In this document: piece by piece, positions 47,381 to 57,790 of the stretch | Position numbering within the stretch: the stretch's first letter is position 1 | How the letters are laid out: every line of letters starts with the position of its first letter | Assembly: GCA_021734945.1 (NCBI GenBank) | Contig: JAIPIA010000001.1 | Location: 244,415-308,414 of the forward strand | From: Minisyncoccota bacterium | GTDB lineage: Bacteria; Patescibacteriota; Minisyncoccia; Phycocordibacterales; CAIZLB01 | DNA length: 64,000 nt | Reading direction: 5' to 3' | The notes under the pieces: generated by a model | Seen by the model: the letters and a program-made list of their open reading frames with translations, nothing else | The model's database searches: none | Told to the model about the DNA's origin: nothing | Made by a program: the position numbers and the translations under genes

Positions 47381-48787
47381 TTAGTCCCTTTTTAAGTAAA
47401 GTGCTAAAAACTCAGCCTTAAATTTCGCAAAATTATCATCGAGAATTGATTGTCGAATCTTTTTAACCAAATTTATTGTGAAATATAAGTTATGGACAGT
47501 TGCTAGAGTACCACCAAGCATTTCTTTAGCTTTAAATAAATGATTTAAATAAGCACGAGTATATTTTTTACAAGTATAACAACCACAACCTTCTTCGAGC
47601 TGAGTAAAATCATCTTTATACTTTGCATTCATAATATTAACTTTTCCAAACTTTGTAAGGAGTGTACCTGTTCGCCCGTTTCGTGTCGGCATTACACAAT
47701 CAAAGAGATCACAGCCATTTTCTACAGCATCAAAGAGATCTTCAGCTTCGCCAATACCAAGTAAATGCCGTGGTTTATCTTCAGGTAAAATTTCATTAAC
47801 CCATCGCACTGCATCACCCATATCTTCTTTTGCAAATGAACCACCAATTCCGAAGCCGTCAAAAGAGACTTCACGCACTTCTTCAGAACTACTGTCAGCA
47901 CCAGTTGCGTCCTGAATTTTAACTTTCATATTCGCCAATACCTCAGCACTTTCTTTTCGAAGTCTCTCATGTCGCCCACCTTGAACTATTCCGAAAATAG
48001 CTTGTTTGTCAGATATGAGCTCACCTGTTTTTGAATCACGAGCATTCTTGTGATATTCGAGTGACTGCTTAGCCCATCGATGTGTACGATCAAGTGATTC
48101 TGCCTGATATGCATAGGGCTCGTTTGGTGACGTGCATTCATCAAATGCAAAAATCATATCTGCACCTATATTGTGCTGAATTTGTATAGATTTTTCAGGA
48201 GTAAAATAGTGTACACTGCCGTCTATAACAGAACGAAACATCACACCGTTTGCATCTATTTGTGCAGGTTTCAAAACTTGTCCATCTTCACGAAGAATTG
48301 CATCTGCTTCTGATTTTGAGGCATTTTTTGAACCAGATTTTGCTTCAGGCGCAGGTGCTTGTATCTGTGGTTCAGCAAGTTCTCCATTTGCAGACTTTGT
48401 AAACTTGGTGATATTTTTTCCAAGAGCAACACCAAGTGAAAAAACTTGAAAACCACCAGAATCAGTCATTGTTGGACCATTCCACCCTGAAAATCCTTGT
48501 AAACCTCCAGCCTTAGCGATGATCTCATCTCCTGGTTGGAGATATAAGTGGTAGGTATTGGCAAGCATTACTTCGGCACCAGCTTCTTCAAGCATCTCTG
48601 GAGTAATCCCCTTCACAGTTGCCTTTGTACCTACTGTCACAAACGCAGGCGTATGAATCACACCATGAGGTGTAGTCAAAATACCAGCACGTCCAAGTGG
48701 TGCTCTATATAGAGATTCTTCATTTGTTGCTGAATTTTTTCCACTCACTGTGAGCTTTTTTTCAATTTTGAAATTAATTGCTGACAT
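47381..48787 (-). CDS. tgt: tRNA-guanine transglycosylase
   Basis: TPAF..VGT, ANTYHL, TDSGGFQVFSL, FDEC, GIVQGG, DLFDCV.PTR, CGCYTC...H. Confidence 0.95.
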   Translation of the reverse strand: MSAINFKIEKKLTVSGKNSATNEESLYRAPLGRAGILTTPHGVIHTPAFVTVGTKATVKGITPEMLEEAGAEVMLANTYHLYLQPGDEIIAKAGGLQGFSGWNGPTMTDSGGFQVFSLGVALGKNITKFTKSANGELAEPQIQAPAPEAKSGSKNASKSEADAILREDGQVLKPAQIDANGVMFRSVIDGSVHYFTPEKSIQIQHNIGADMIFAFDECTSPNEPYAYQAESLDRTHRWAKQSLEYHKNARDSKTGELISDKQAIFGIVQGGRHERLRKESAEVLANMKVKIQDATGADSSSEEVREVSFDGFGIGGSFAKEDMGDAVRWVNEILPEDKPRHLLGIGEAEDLFDAVENGCDLFDCVMPTRNGRTGTLLTKFGKVNIMNAKYKDDFTQLEEGCGCYTCKKYTRAYLNHLFKAKEMLGGTLATVHNLYFTINLVKKIRQSILDDNFAKFKAEFLALYLKRD

Positions 48788-48818
48788 GATTTAGATAAAC
48801 AGTTTATACCACACATTA

Positions 48819-49538
48819 TTGATATATAGAAAGAGATGTAGTAGTTTATCTACAGGACAGGATTCAACAACCTCGCAATCAGAAAAAGAGACAACTCACC
48901 CACCAGAAACCAAACCCCAACACCCTCACCAATTGAAACCTATGAAACTTGACATACTTGACCCTCTTATCCAAAGAATGAAGGAAATTCTTGCTGAGCT
49001 TATGCAAATGCGTGCCGTAAGGGCAGAGCAGTTCGTCGCTGAGATGGAAAAAATTCCTCTCGTTACATTAAAAAGAATTTCGGTTCAAATGGGTCACACG
49101 ATTCCTTTTTGCACCGTAATCGAAGTAAACAAAGCTGGAACACTTGCTGATATTATTAAATCTGCAGGAATTAATATTCCCGTGCCTCAAACTGCCAAAT
49201 ATTCATACACCGTTAAGGCTGGCGACATGAGCACTGAGACGAGAATCATGCAGCACTTGACCACTGGAGGTTTTCTTCTCTACAGATACCAAATTCAAAT
49301 CCTAGACGAACTTCATCCAAACCCCATTCATGCGGTGATAACAGAAGATGGTGTAGTTCACCGTGCTGGAAGTGTTTTCATTTCAGACTTTACGGAAGTG
49401 AGAGCCTACAAAGGCGGACCAGCTCGTAAAACACCTGCGGCTTCAGCATCTGATAAAGAATTCACCTCTGTATTGTTCTCAAGTATTTGGGGTCCTGGCA
49501 CAAAGGTCTACATGTGCATTCCAGATACCTCAAGCTAA
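48819..49538 (+). CDS. Orphan hypothetical protein
   Basis: Likely start at MKLD (about 48942); terminator at about 49561-49600. Confidence 0.6.
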   Translation: MIYRKRCSSLSTGQDSTTSQSEKETTHPPETKPQHPHQLKPMKLDILDPLIQRMKEILAELMQMRAVRAEQFVAEMEKIPLVTLKRISVQMGHTIPFCTVIEVNKAGTLADIIKSAGINIPVPQTAKYSYTVKAGDMSTETRIMQHLTTGGFLLYRYQIQILDELHPNPIHAVITEDGVVHRAGSVFISDFTEVRAYKGGPARKTPAASASDKEFTSVLFSSIWGPGTKVYMCIPDTSS

Positions 49539-49715
49539 GAGCCTAATAAAAAGAACACCTAGACCGCCGTTGCGCTTTCATGCACTTCGGCGGTCTTTTT
49601 ATTTATTAATAAACTCTGTGTCGCTAAAAAATTTTACACCTAAATATCAACAAACAAAAAGCCGCACCATAAAGGCGCAGCTTGATTGGAATATAACGGA
49701 ACCTCCGCTATACGT

Positions 49716-49949
49716 TTATTTGAAGTTTGGGAGTGGAGCTGAGCTCGGCACAAAGTTTGCTCCATCTAAAATGGAACCAACGTGACCTACACTACCTATC
49801 TGAAAAGTTAAAGCATTTGGTATAAATGCGAATACCTTATCAGCCAAATGAAAGAACGATACTGCGGTGTGATTAAATGCGTGAAATACATCAGGCAAAA
49901 ATACTCGCAGTGCAATGAGACCGATTACCAAACCAATTGATCTGAACAT
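49716..49949 (-). CDS. Small membrane protein (77 aa)
   Basis: MFRSIGLVIGLIALRVFLPDVFHAF hydrophobic N-terminus; terminator-like hairpin downstream; structured leader upstream. Confidence 0.6.
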   Translation of the reverse strand: MFRSIGLVIGLIALRVFLPDVFHAFNHTAVSFFHLADKVFAFIPNALTFQIGSVGHVGSILDGANFVPSSAPLPNFK

Positions 49950-50296
49950 GTTGGTTAGTTGAGGGGGGTATTATTTCGCTTGCTGACTAAGCAAGTGTCG
50001 GCTCATTGCCAACTTCCCCCTCCGATGACAGCAGTCTGTTTTGTGACTTTGTAAACCGCGTATAGCGTTTGATCTTTGCCACTTCGAGTTTTACAAACAA
50101 AAACTACTCATTTTTTCGATGTGAGTAGTCTATGTTTTTATACAGTTTTAAATTTCTGAGAATTTCGGCAAAACCAACAAAGAGTAGGTTCATCATAGAC
50201 ATCTCCCATCGGGGAGGGACGTTGACTTCGTATGAAGTGCGTCTATGTCAATGACCTTGACATAGCTAATATATCATTACTTTAAAAATGATGCAA
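49950..50296 (-). promoter_or_regulatory. Promoter plus structured leader/sRNA with internal terminator
   Basis: TTGCAT-17-TATATT; 9-bp inverted repeat over the start site; two multi-stem junctions; terminator at 50099-50129. Confidence 0.45.
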
Positions 50297-50362
50297 GTAT
50301 TTTTCTCTTACAAAATTCTCCATAAACACTCTCTATACAAATACAAAATTCTAAACTAGAGA

Positions 50363-51715
50363 TTAATTCAAACTAACTGAAGCTTCCTCGTAGTAGGCAT
50401 TTTTCTTGAGGAAGTTTATAAGCTTCACAGCATCACCTTCTCTATCATCACTTTTAAGTAATACTATTACAACTGGACGCTTTCCTCCTTTTGCCATTGT
50501 TACATCAAATATAGATACTGTAGTTTTTTTAGCTTCATCAATGTATCCATTTTTTCCGCCAATAAAAGTGTCATATGTCAGAAAACGATTTTTGTTAAAC
50601 CATGTATGCTTCAAAATCGAGTACTGTCGAACATGGGTCATATCAAAGATTGAAGGATGCTTTTGATATATAAAACGGCCGAGTTTTAACAAATCTTCCA
50701 CAGAACTAACATTCTTGGGATTTAGTCCACTTGGATCTTCATAGTATGTATTATGCATTCCAAGTTCAGCAGCCTTCTTATTCATAAGAACCATAAAGGC
50801 ATCTCTTCCCCCATTATATGCTTCAGCAAGTACCTCTGCGCCGTCGTTACTTGATTCCATAAGGAGTGGATGCATTAAATCATAGAGTTTAATTTTTTCT
50901 CCGAGCAAAAGTTCGCCTTCTCCTCCGTATGTATTGTATGCATCACGGGAAACTACAGCTATCTTTTGCATATCAAGATTTTCGAGAGCTATCACAGCTG
51001 TCATAAGTTTTGAAACTGATGCTATTGGAGCTACGAGTCCCTCATTTTTATCATAAATTATTTCGCCAGTTAACAAGTCTGCAACGAGATATGAGGTTGA
51101 TGTAAGTTTAGGAAATGCAGCCTCATCAGCTAGACGGTATTGGTTTATATTTGTGGAACTTGCATTTAAAGAATCATCTGAACCATATCCCTCACTCTGT
51201 GAGCTTTTTGAATCTGCAAGCACTCTATTAGTTTGTGAACTATTTTGATTTTGAAAATTTGATGCATTTTGCTCTGCCAACAGTACATCAGATGCAGATG
51301 GACCAAAGACAACATCTTTAATAGTTAAAACTCCCTGCGTAATAAAAGAAGTAACTGAGATACCTATAAAGAGTGCAAGAATTCCATATTTTATAAGCGA
51401 CGAGTTACTTGTCTCTTCAAAAATAGTTCCGCTTGGGATAAGTTTAAAATGTGGAGCCTTCATCTTTGTTGGTTGTTTTTTTTCTTCTAAAATTACACTC
51501 GGCGTATATTCCTCAGCATAACGGTCTCTAGGTGCACCTAAATTTGCAAAATAGCTTTCTTTTTTTTGCTCTTGTACTTGTACTTGACTTACGTCTTCTA
51601 CCTCTTGCATATCAGCCCCTTCAAACACTTCAAAATTTTCAATTTTAACCCCTCCTACTTGAACCTCTCCATCTTGATCAGAATTATTCTCTTTTACCCT
51701 GAGTAATTTATCCAT
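50363..51715 (-). CDS. D-alanyl-D-alanine carboxypeptidase (peptidase S11), membrane anchored
   Basis: SxxK (ASVSKLMT), SxN (SSND), KNG in place of KTG. Confidence 0.88.
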   Translation of the reverse strand: MDKLLRVKENNSDQDGEVQVGGVKIENFEVFEGADMQEVEDVSQVQVQEQKKESYFANLGAPRDRYAEEYTPSVILEEKKQPTKMKAPHFKLIPSGTIFEETSNSSLIKYGILALFIGISVTSFITQGVLTIKDVVFGPSASDVLLAEQNASNFQNQNSSQTNRVLADSKSSQSEGYGSDDSLNASSTNINQYRLADEAAFPKLTSTSYLVADLLTGEIIYDKNEGLVAPIASVSKLMTAVIALENLDMQKIAVVSRDAYNTYGGEGELLLGEKIKLYDLMHPLLMESSNDGAEVLAEAYNGGRDAFMVLMNKKAAELGMHNTYYEDPSGLNPKNVSSVEDLLKLGRFIYQKHPSIFDMTHVRQYSILKHTWFNKNRFLTYDTFIGGKNGYIDEAKKTTVSIFDVTMAKGGKRPVVIVLLKSDDREGDAVKLINFLKKNAYYEEASVSLN

Positions 51716-51737
51716 AAAGTATGAACAGTATTATATA

Positions 51738-52712
51738 TTAATTTTTAACTGTTGACGAAGCTTTGACCTTTTCATCAGTATTCTTGTCTATTTTATAGAA
51801 GACTTTATTGCCAAAACGTACATCTATATATTCAAAGTACGGTGGTAGGGTGATTTTGAGTGGACTAGAAGAAGATGAAAAAGTAGAGATAGATGAAGGT
51901 TTATGAGTAGAATTAGTAGAGCTTGTACCTACAAAAACACTTGAACTAAGCGAAGACTTTAGGTCATCGAGTGAATCTTCAAACGTCTTTCTATCTGAAA
52001 AAATAAGTTTTCCTCCTGTACTTACATTAAAAACAATCTCGTCTCTACTAAATACATGAACAGAATCAATAGTAATACCAATTTTTTGCAATTCCACGAC
52101 GGTATTTTGTATATCAAAATACAATTTTTTAGTAAATATACTTTTACCAATTGGCTCAGGTCCGACAAGTTGATCACCTCCAAATAGTTTTATTAAATTT
52201 TCATCTGTATCAGTAGTAGAAGCTACAGTGTCTAGCGCTGGTTCATGATATTCAGCAAAAAGATATCCGTTTTCATCTGCAAGATAACACTGTATTGCAG
52301 CACACCATATCGAAGTAGCCTCTCTTTCTTTTACTTTAATATTAAGTATCTCAAATGACTCTGTCTCCATACCTACTTCAGATATTCTTGGGTAGAGATT
52401 AGTTAATGCCTTTTCAATTTTCTGTTTCGGGTAAATAAAAGCGTTTCTTTTAGAAAAGAGCCCTAAATAGGTATCATTTAAATAACTCTCACTAATCCGC
52501 TGAATTTCATCTGAAGTAATGTTAGCGTTCCCAACAACAACGATTTTTTTAATCGCCATGCTTGGTAATGAAATAACCCAAGTCACTAATGCTATCAAAC
52601 AACAAAGACAGAAAAACATTAACCAAAGTTTTATAATTCTTTTTTTTCGTCTTCGACGAGTAAGAGACTGAGACCTTAAAAAATCTTTTTTACTAGTGCG
52701 AGTAGAATGCAT
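51738..52712 (-). CDS. FtsQ/DivIB-like POTRA cell division protein
   Basis: Basic N-terminus, TM, I..I.V.GN, VKERE, YIDVRFGNKVFYK. Confidence 0.75.
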   Translation of the reverse strand: MHSTRTSKKDFLRSQSLTRRRRKKRIIKLWLMFFCLCCLIALVTWVISLPSMAIKKIVVVGNANITSDEIQRISESYLNDTYLGLFSKRNAFIYPKQKIEKALTNLYPRISEVGMETESFEILNIKVKEREATSIWCAAIQCYLADENGYLFAEYHEPALDTVASTTDTDENLIKLFGGDQLVGPEPIGKSIFTKKLYFDIQNTVVELQKIGITIDSVHVFSRDEIVFNVSTGGKLIFSDRKTFEDSLDDLKSSLSSSVFVGTSSTNSTHKPSSISTFSSSSSPLKITLPPYFEYIDVRFGNKVFYKIDKNTDEKVKASSTVKN

Positions 52713-52797
52713 TGCATGAATATATTAGCACATGAAATGCATTTTTTCGCAAAGATTTAAATATTGTAGCCGTGGAAAACTTTAAAACTTACACACA

Positions 52798-54069
52798 TTA
52801 CTTTCTACCAATATATTCCTGTCCACCCATATACGGACGAAGTGCAGCTGGAATTTTAATTGAACCATCTGCTTGCTGATGATTTTCAATAATAGAAACA
52901 AGAAGACGTGGAGTTGCCGCCGCTGTATTGTTTAATGAATGGGCAAATTTGATGTTTCCTTCAGCGTCTCGATACCGAATATTAAGTCGTCGAGTCTGGA
53001 AATCGTGGAAATATGATGCTGAGTGAGTTTCTCGATATGTATTTTCAGCCGGAACCCAACACTCAATGTCGTATTTTTTAACTTGTCCAAGACCTAGATC
53101 CCCTCCACACATTACTAGCACATGATATGGAATCTCAAGTGCCTGAATCAGTTTCTCAGAGTTTGCAGTGAGTTCTTCGTGGAAAGTTACTGATTGTTGG
53201 TGGTCAGCTTCACAAAGAATTACTTGCTCCCATTTATAAAATTCATGTACACGGATGAGTCCCCGAGTGTCTTTTCCATGACTTCCCGCTTCTCGTCTAA
53301 AACATGGTGAGAATGCAAGAATCTTTTTTGGAAACATAGCCTTGTCTAAAATCTCGTCACTATAGTATGCCATTGTAGCCACTTCGCCAGTTCCTGATAG
53401 ATAGTCACCATCCTGAGTTTTATAAAGATCGTCCTCACCTTGTGGAATATATCCAGTACCCATGAGAGTTTCCCGCTTTACAAGTGATGGCACCATCATT
53501 GGTTCAAAGTTGTTCTTCAAAAATGAATCAAGAAGAAATTGCCAAAGTGCAAAGTGAAGTCGCACTGCATCATTTTTCAAAAAATAACCTCGAAAACCTG
53601 CAACCTTTGTACCTCTATCAAAATCAACCATGTCATGTGCAAGCATCAAATCGATATGACTCTTAGGTTCAAAATCAAATTTTGGAATTTCACCCCATGT
53701 CCGAACCTCAACGTTTTCATCTTCAGTCGCACCCTCTGGCACTGACATATCTGGAATATTTGGAACAGCAACCATAAGCATTTGCCACTCTTTCATTACT
53801 TCTTGAAGTTTTTCTTCTTCAACTTTCATTGAATCTTTAAGCACTCGCATTTCCTCAATGAGTTTAGTTCTCTCAGCTTGATCTGCAGTCGTAGTAATCT
53901 GCTGACTTACTTTGTTTTGTTCAGCTTTCTTCGCCTCTATAGAGGTAATAATCTCACGACGAACAGCATCAACTTCTACAAGTCTATCTACGTTAAAATT
54001 CATGTGCTTTTTTCGAACACCATCTTTTACTAAATCTTTATTTTCTCTAATGAATTTTATATCGAGCAT
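52798..54069 (-). CDS. serS: Serine--tRNA ligase
   Basis: MLDIKFIREN, CFRREAGS.GKDTRGLIRVHEF.K, HSLNNT. Confidence 0.97.
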   Translation of the reverse strand: MLDIKFIRENKDLVKDGVRKKHMNFNVDRLVEVDAVRREIITSIEAKKAEQNKVSQQITTTADQAERTKLIEEMRVLKDSMKVEEEKLQEVMKEWQMLMVAVPNIPDMSVPEGATEDENVEVRTWGEIPKFDFEPKSHIDLMLAHDMVDFDRGTKVAGFRGYFLKNDAVRLHFALWQFLLDSFLKNNFEPMMVPSLVKRETLMGTGYIPQGEDDLYKTQDGDYLSGTGEVATMAYYSDEILDKAMFPKKILAFSPCFRREAGSHGKDTRGLIRVHEFYKWEQVILCEADHQQSVTFHEELTANSEKLIQALEIPYHVLVMCGGDLGLGQVKKYDIECWVPAENTYRETHSASYFHDFQTRRLNIRYRDAEGNIKFAHSLNNTAAATPRLLVSIIENHQQADGSIKIPAALRPYMGGQEYIGRK

Positions 54070-54264
54070 GTTTGTTTGATGTTTTGTATTGTTGAATTGA
54101 TTTTAACTGCGTTTTCTATTGGCATCTATTTTTTACAAAGCTGCCAAACACGAAGCTATTTTAGAAATTTTAAGTTCTTTTATGTATTGCTTTAGAATTT
54201 CTTTATGCTCACATCATATCAAAAGCCTATTATTTAGCCAATTACAAGAAAACCATATCAAATC

Positions 54265-55206
54265 ATGCCATTTGAAACAAACAATTCACAATATATAGAG
54301 CTTTCCAAAAAAATTACCAATATTCCTCTACCATATTTATTAGGACAAATTTCTGACCCACCAAAAAAGCTTTTTGCCCTAGGTAACACCTCTCTCTTTG
54401 ATGATTCATCTATTAAGTTTCTTTGCATTGTTGGATCAAGGAGGTATTCATCGTACGGATATGACGCAGTACGCCAGATTATACAGTCACTTAAAGGCCA
54501 CCCCGTCGCAATTGTTTCAGGACTAGCACTCGGTATAGACAGTATTGCCCACACTACTGCTTTAGAGATCGGACTACCTTGTATTGCTGTACCTGGGTCT
54601 GGATTAAACAAAGATGTTCTATACCCCCGAACACATCTAGGTCTCGCTGAATCAATACTTAAAAATGGAGGTACACTCCTCTCAGAATTTGAACCAGAGT
54701 TCCGAGCTAGTCCATGGAGTTTTCCTATGCGTAACCGAATCATGGCTGGATTATCACATGTAGTACTTGTTATTGAAGGTGAGGAAGATTCAGGAACACT
54801 CATAACTGCAAGACTGGCCTTAGACTACAACAGAGACGTGTGTGCCCTGCCTGGTTCCATATTTTCAGAAACATCAAAAGGCCCCCTCACACTTATAAAA
54901 GGTGGAGCGGTGCCTATATGTACACCCGAAGACTTACACAAGCTCCTTGGTCTCAAAACCGACCTCGTTCTCGAAGATGCACCCGAGAAGGCTGAAGAAT
55001 ACATTCGCGAAAAAATTGATAGGTGTTCAGATGAAGAAAAAAATATTATGAGTAAATTGAACGAACCCAAATCTCGCGAGGAACTTTTAGCTGAAACTGG
55101 TATTGAGCTTTCAAAATTACAAATATCAATTTCGATGCTCGAAATTCGTGGATTAGTTACTGAAGAATATGGTTATGTTCGAAAAGTTAGAAGTATCCAT
55201 ATATAA
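54265..55206 (+). CDS. dprA: DNA-processing protein DprA
   Basis: IVGSR..S.YG, VSGLALGID..AH, FPMRNRIMAGLS, SGTLITA; adjacent to topA. Confidence 0.95.
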   Translation: MPFETNNSQYIELSKKITNIPLPYLLGQISDPPKKLFALGNTSLFDDSSIKFLCIVGSRRYSSYGYDAVRQIIQSLKGHPVAIVSGLALGIDSIAHTTALEIGLPCIAVPGSGLNKDVLYPRTHLGLAESILKNGGTLLSEFEPEFRASPWSFPMRNRIMAGLSHVVLVIEGEEDSGTLITARLALDYNRDVCALPGSIFSETSKGPLTLIKGGAVPICTPEDLHKLLGLKTDLVLEDAPEKAEEYIREKIDRCSDEEKNIMSKLNEPKSREELLAETGIELSKLQISISMLEIRGLVTEEYGYVRKVRSIHI

Positions 55207-55325
55207 TATTTTACCTTAAAATTTGACTCAAGTATTGCAAAAATTTTATTTTAAACAAAAGTTCAAAAAAAATTAAAATTTGGCAAACAGACAATACTTA
55301 TGCAATACTGAATCAAACACATCAT

Positions 55326-57731
55326 ATGAAGAGCACAAAATTACTCATTGTAGAGTCACCAGCAAAAGCAAAAACAATCGGGAAATACCTTGGTAGTGAT
55401 TTCAAAGTGGTTGCCTCTATTGGACATGTGCGAGACCTACCAAAGAGCAATAAAAGTGCGATCGATATTGCTGGAGGATTCATCCCCCACTATGTTATTT
55501 CTCCTGGAAAAGAGAGAGTTATAAACGAAATTAAATTTCTAGCCAAAAATGCATCAGAAGTACTCCTTGCATCCGACCCCGACAGAGAAGGAGAAGCTAT
55601 TGCATGGCATATAAAAGAGGCTATCGGTCTCAAAAATCCAAAACGAGTTGTCTATCATGAGATTACAAAAGAAGCCATTCTCGATGCTATAGCTCACCCA
55701 CGTGCTATAGATGAGAATCTCAAGACTGCACAAGAAGCAAGACGTGTACTTGATAGACTTGTAGGTTATGATCTTTCTGGTCTTATCTGGAAAAAAGTTA
55801 GATACGGACTTTCAGCAGGACGTGTTCAGTCTCCAGCTCTACGAATTGTCATGGAAAGAGAAAGAGAAATTCGAGCTTTTAACCCTGTTCAATATTTTGT
55901 AATCCAAGCTGAAGTTGAGACACTTACAGGCGGGGCCGGTGCAAACAAAATCGGCGGTGAAAAAATGTTGTTAACATGCGTTAAGGAACCAGACAATCAA
56001 AAGGAAGCAGAGCTTATAGTAGAAATCGCAAAGAAAAATAACTGGCATGTCTTAGACATAGAAGAGTCAGAGGCAAAGCGTTCCCCTAAAGCACCGTTTA
56101 TCACATCTACTATTCAACAAGCTGCAAGTTCACGACTTGGGTTTTCACCATCTCGGACTATGGGTCTTGCACAAAAGCTGTATGAAGCTGGACACATTAC
56201 ATACATGCGAACCGACAGTACAAACCTCAGCAAGACCGCGGTCGCTGATGCACTCCGTGTTATCGAAACACAATACGGAAAAGAATACGTATCGCCTCGA
56301 AGTTTTGCTTCAAAAAGTAAAAATGCACAGGAGGCCCACGAAGCTATTCGACCCTCACATATGGGTGTTGAGGTTGCTGGGAATAATGATGATGAAAAGA
56401 AACTCTATCGTTTGATTCGTGCACGTACAGTTGCATCGCAGATGACAGATGCTCGTATTGCTCGTACAAAGATTATTGCAAATATAAAGGATGATACTAG
56501 CGACGCATCAAAATCAATCCCCGACTTTGCAGTTGTTGGCAGTCGAGTAATATTTGATGGTTGGCTCAAAGCTGATCCTGATGCACGAGGTGAGGATGTA
56601 GAACTTCCAAAAGTTTCAGCAAAAGACAATCTCAAGCTTCTTGATGTTGTTTCAACAGAAAAGTGGACTGAACCACCAAGTCGATATACAGAAGCTGGTC
56701 TTGTAAAAGAGCTCGAAAAGCGTGGTATTGGGCGCCCATCTACATATGCGAGTATTATTCGAACTCTCGAAGAACGTGAATACGTCACAAAAACTAACAA
56801 ATCACTCGTACCAACTGACACAGGAGACGTCGTAAGTTCATTTCTCGAACAAAATTTTGCAGAATATATCAGTGACAGCTTCACAGCTGAAATGGAAGAC
56901 AAACTCGACCTCATTGCTGAAGGTAAAGCAGAGTATGTAAAAACTCTCAAAGATTTTTATGGACCATTTACAAAAGATATTCAAGAAAAGGACAAAATGG
57001 ATAAAATCACTAATCTAGGTGATGCTGACGTCAAATTTGTTTGCCCAAAATGTGGTAGTCATATGATTGTTAAACTGAGTCGCTCTGGAAAATTCCTCAG
57101 CTGTTCAACATATCCAGTTTGTACAGGCGCACTTACAATAAACGGTGAAGAAATTAAATCAGACACACCGCTAGGTCACGATCCAAAAACCGGTCTTCCT
57201 ATTTTTGTAAAAGTCGGTAAATACGGACCATATGTTCAGCTTGGAGACAAAGAGTCTCTCGAAAAAGCTATCTCAGAAGGCAAAGATATAGGACAGGATA
57301 CCGTCGTTGAACCTGCTATCGAAACAACAACATACTCAGCAGGTGCTGAGCCAACAAAAGTTGAGCTTACAAAAGCTGGTAAACCTAAAAAAGTTCGTGT
57401 AAAAAAGCCAAAAAAAGCTACTCTTAAGCCTCGTATGGCAAGTATTCCAAAAGGAAAAGATATCACTGCTGTCACAGTAGATGAAGCAATGGTTTATCTT
57501 TCACTTCCACGAAGACTTGGAACAATGCCAAGTACAGGAAAAGTTATAACCGCAAATGTCGGGCGTTTTGGCCCGTACATTGTTCACGATGGAGATTTTC
57601 GATCACTCAAAGGTGAAGACAATCCTTATACTATTACACTCGAACGAGCACTTGCTATTCTTAGCGAACCTAAGAAAGTAAGCACTCGAGGACGATGGGC
57701 AAAGAAAAAGACTGAGGATACGCAGAAGTAA
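55326..57731 (+). CDS. topA: DNA topoisomerase I
   Basis: IVESPAKAKTI, DPDREGE, SAGRVQS, ITYMRTD, GIGRPSTY, Zn ribbon and C-terminal repeats. Confidence 0.97.
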   Translation: MKSTKLLIVESPAKAKTIGKYLGSDFKVVASIGHVRDLPKSNKSAIDIAGGFIPHYVISPGKERVINEIKFLAKNASEVLLASDPDREGEAIAWHIKEAIGLKNPKRVVYHEITKEAILDAIAHPRAIDENLKTAQEARRVLDRLVGYDLSGLIWKKVRYGLSAGRVQSPALRIVMEREREIRAFNPVQYFVIQAEVETLTGGAGANKIGGEKMLLTCVKEPDNQKEAELIVEIAKKNNWHVLDIEESEAKRSPKAPFITSTIQQAASSRLGFSPSRTMGLAQKLYEAGHITYMRTDSTNLSKTAVADALRVIETQYGKEYVSPRSFASKSKNAQEAHEAIRPSHMGVEVAGNNDDEKKLYRLIRARTVASQMTDARIARTKIIANIKDDTSDASKSIPDFAVVGSRVIFDGWLKADPDARGEDVELPKVSAKDNLKLLDVVSTEKWTEPPSRYTEAGLVKELEKRGIGRPSTYASIIRTLEEREYVTKTNKSLVPTDTGDVVSSFLEQNFAEYISDSFTAEMEDKLDLIAEGKAEYVKTLKDFYGPFTKDIQEKDKMDKITNLGDADVKFVCPKCGSHMIVKLSRSGKFLSCSTYPVCTGALTINGEEIKSDTPLGHDPKTGLPIFVKVGKYGPYVQLGDKESLEKAISEGKDIGQDTVVEPAIETTTYSAGAEPTKVELTKAGKPKKVRVKKPKKATLKPRMASIPKGKDITAVTVDEAMVYLSLPRRLGTMPSTGKVITANVGRFGPYIVHDGDFRSLKGEDNPYTITLERALAILSEPKKVSTRGRWAKKKTEDTQK

Positions 57732-57790
57732 AAGTAAAATTTTGTAGATGACCTAAATTACATAAATTATTCATGTAATCTTTCAGTTCT

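Noticed and set aside
49950-50030. Hammerhead ribozyme in the three-way junction
   Set aside because: The CUGAnGA core is not present in the required arrangement on either strand.
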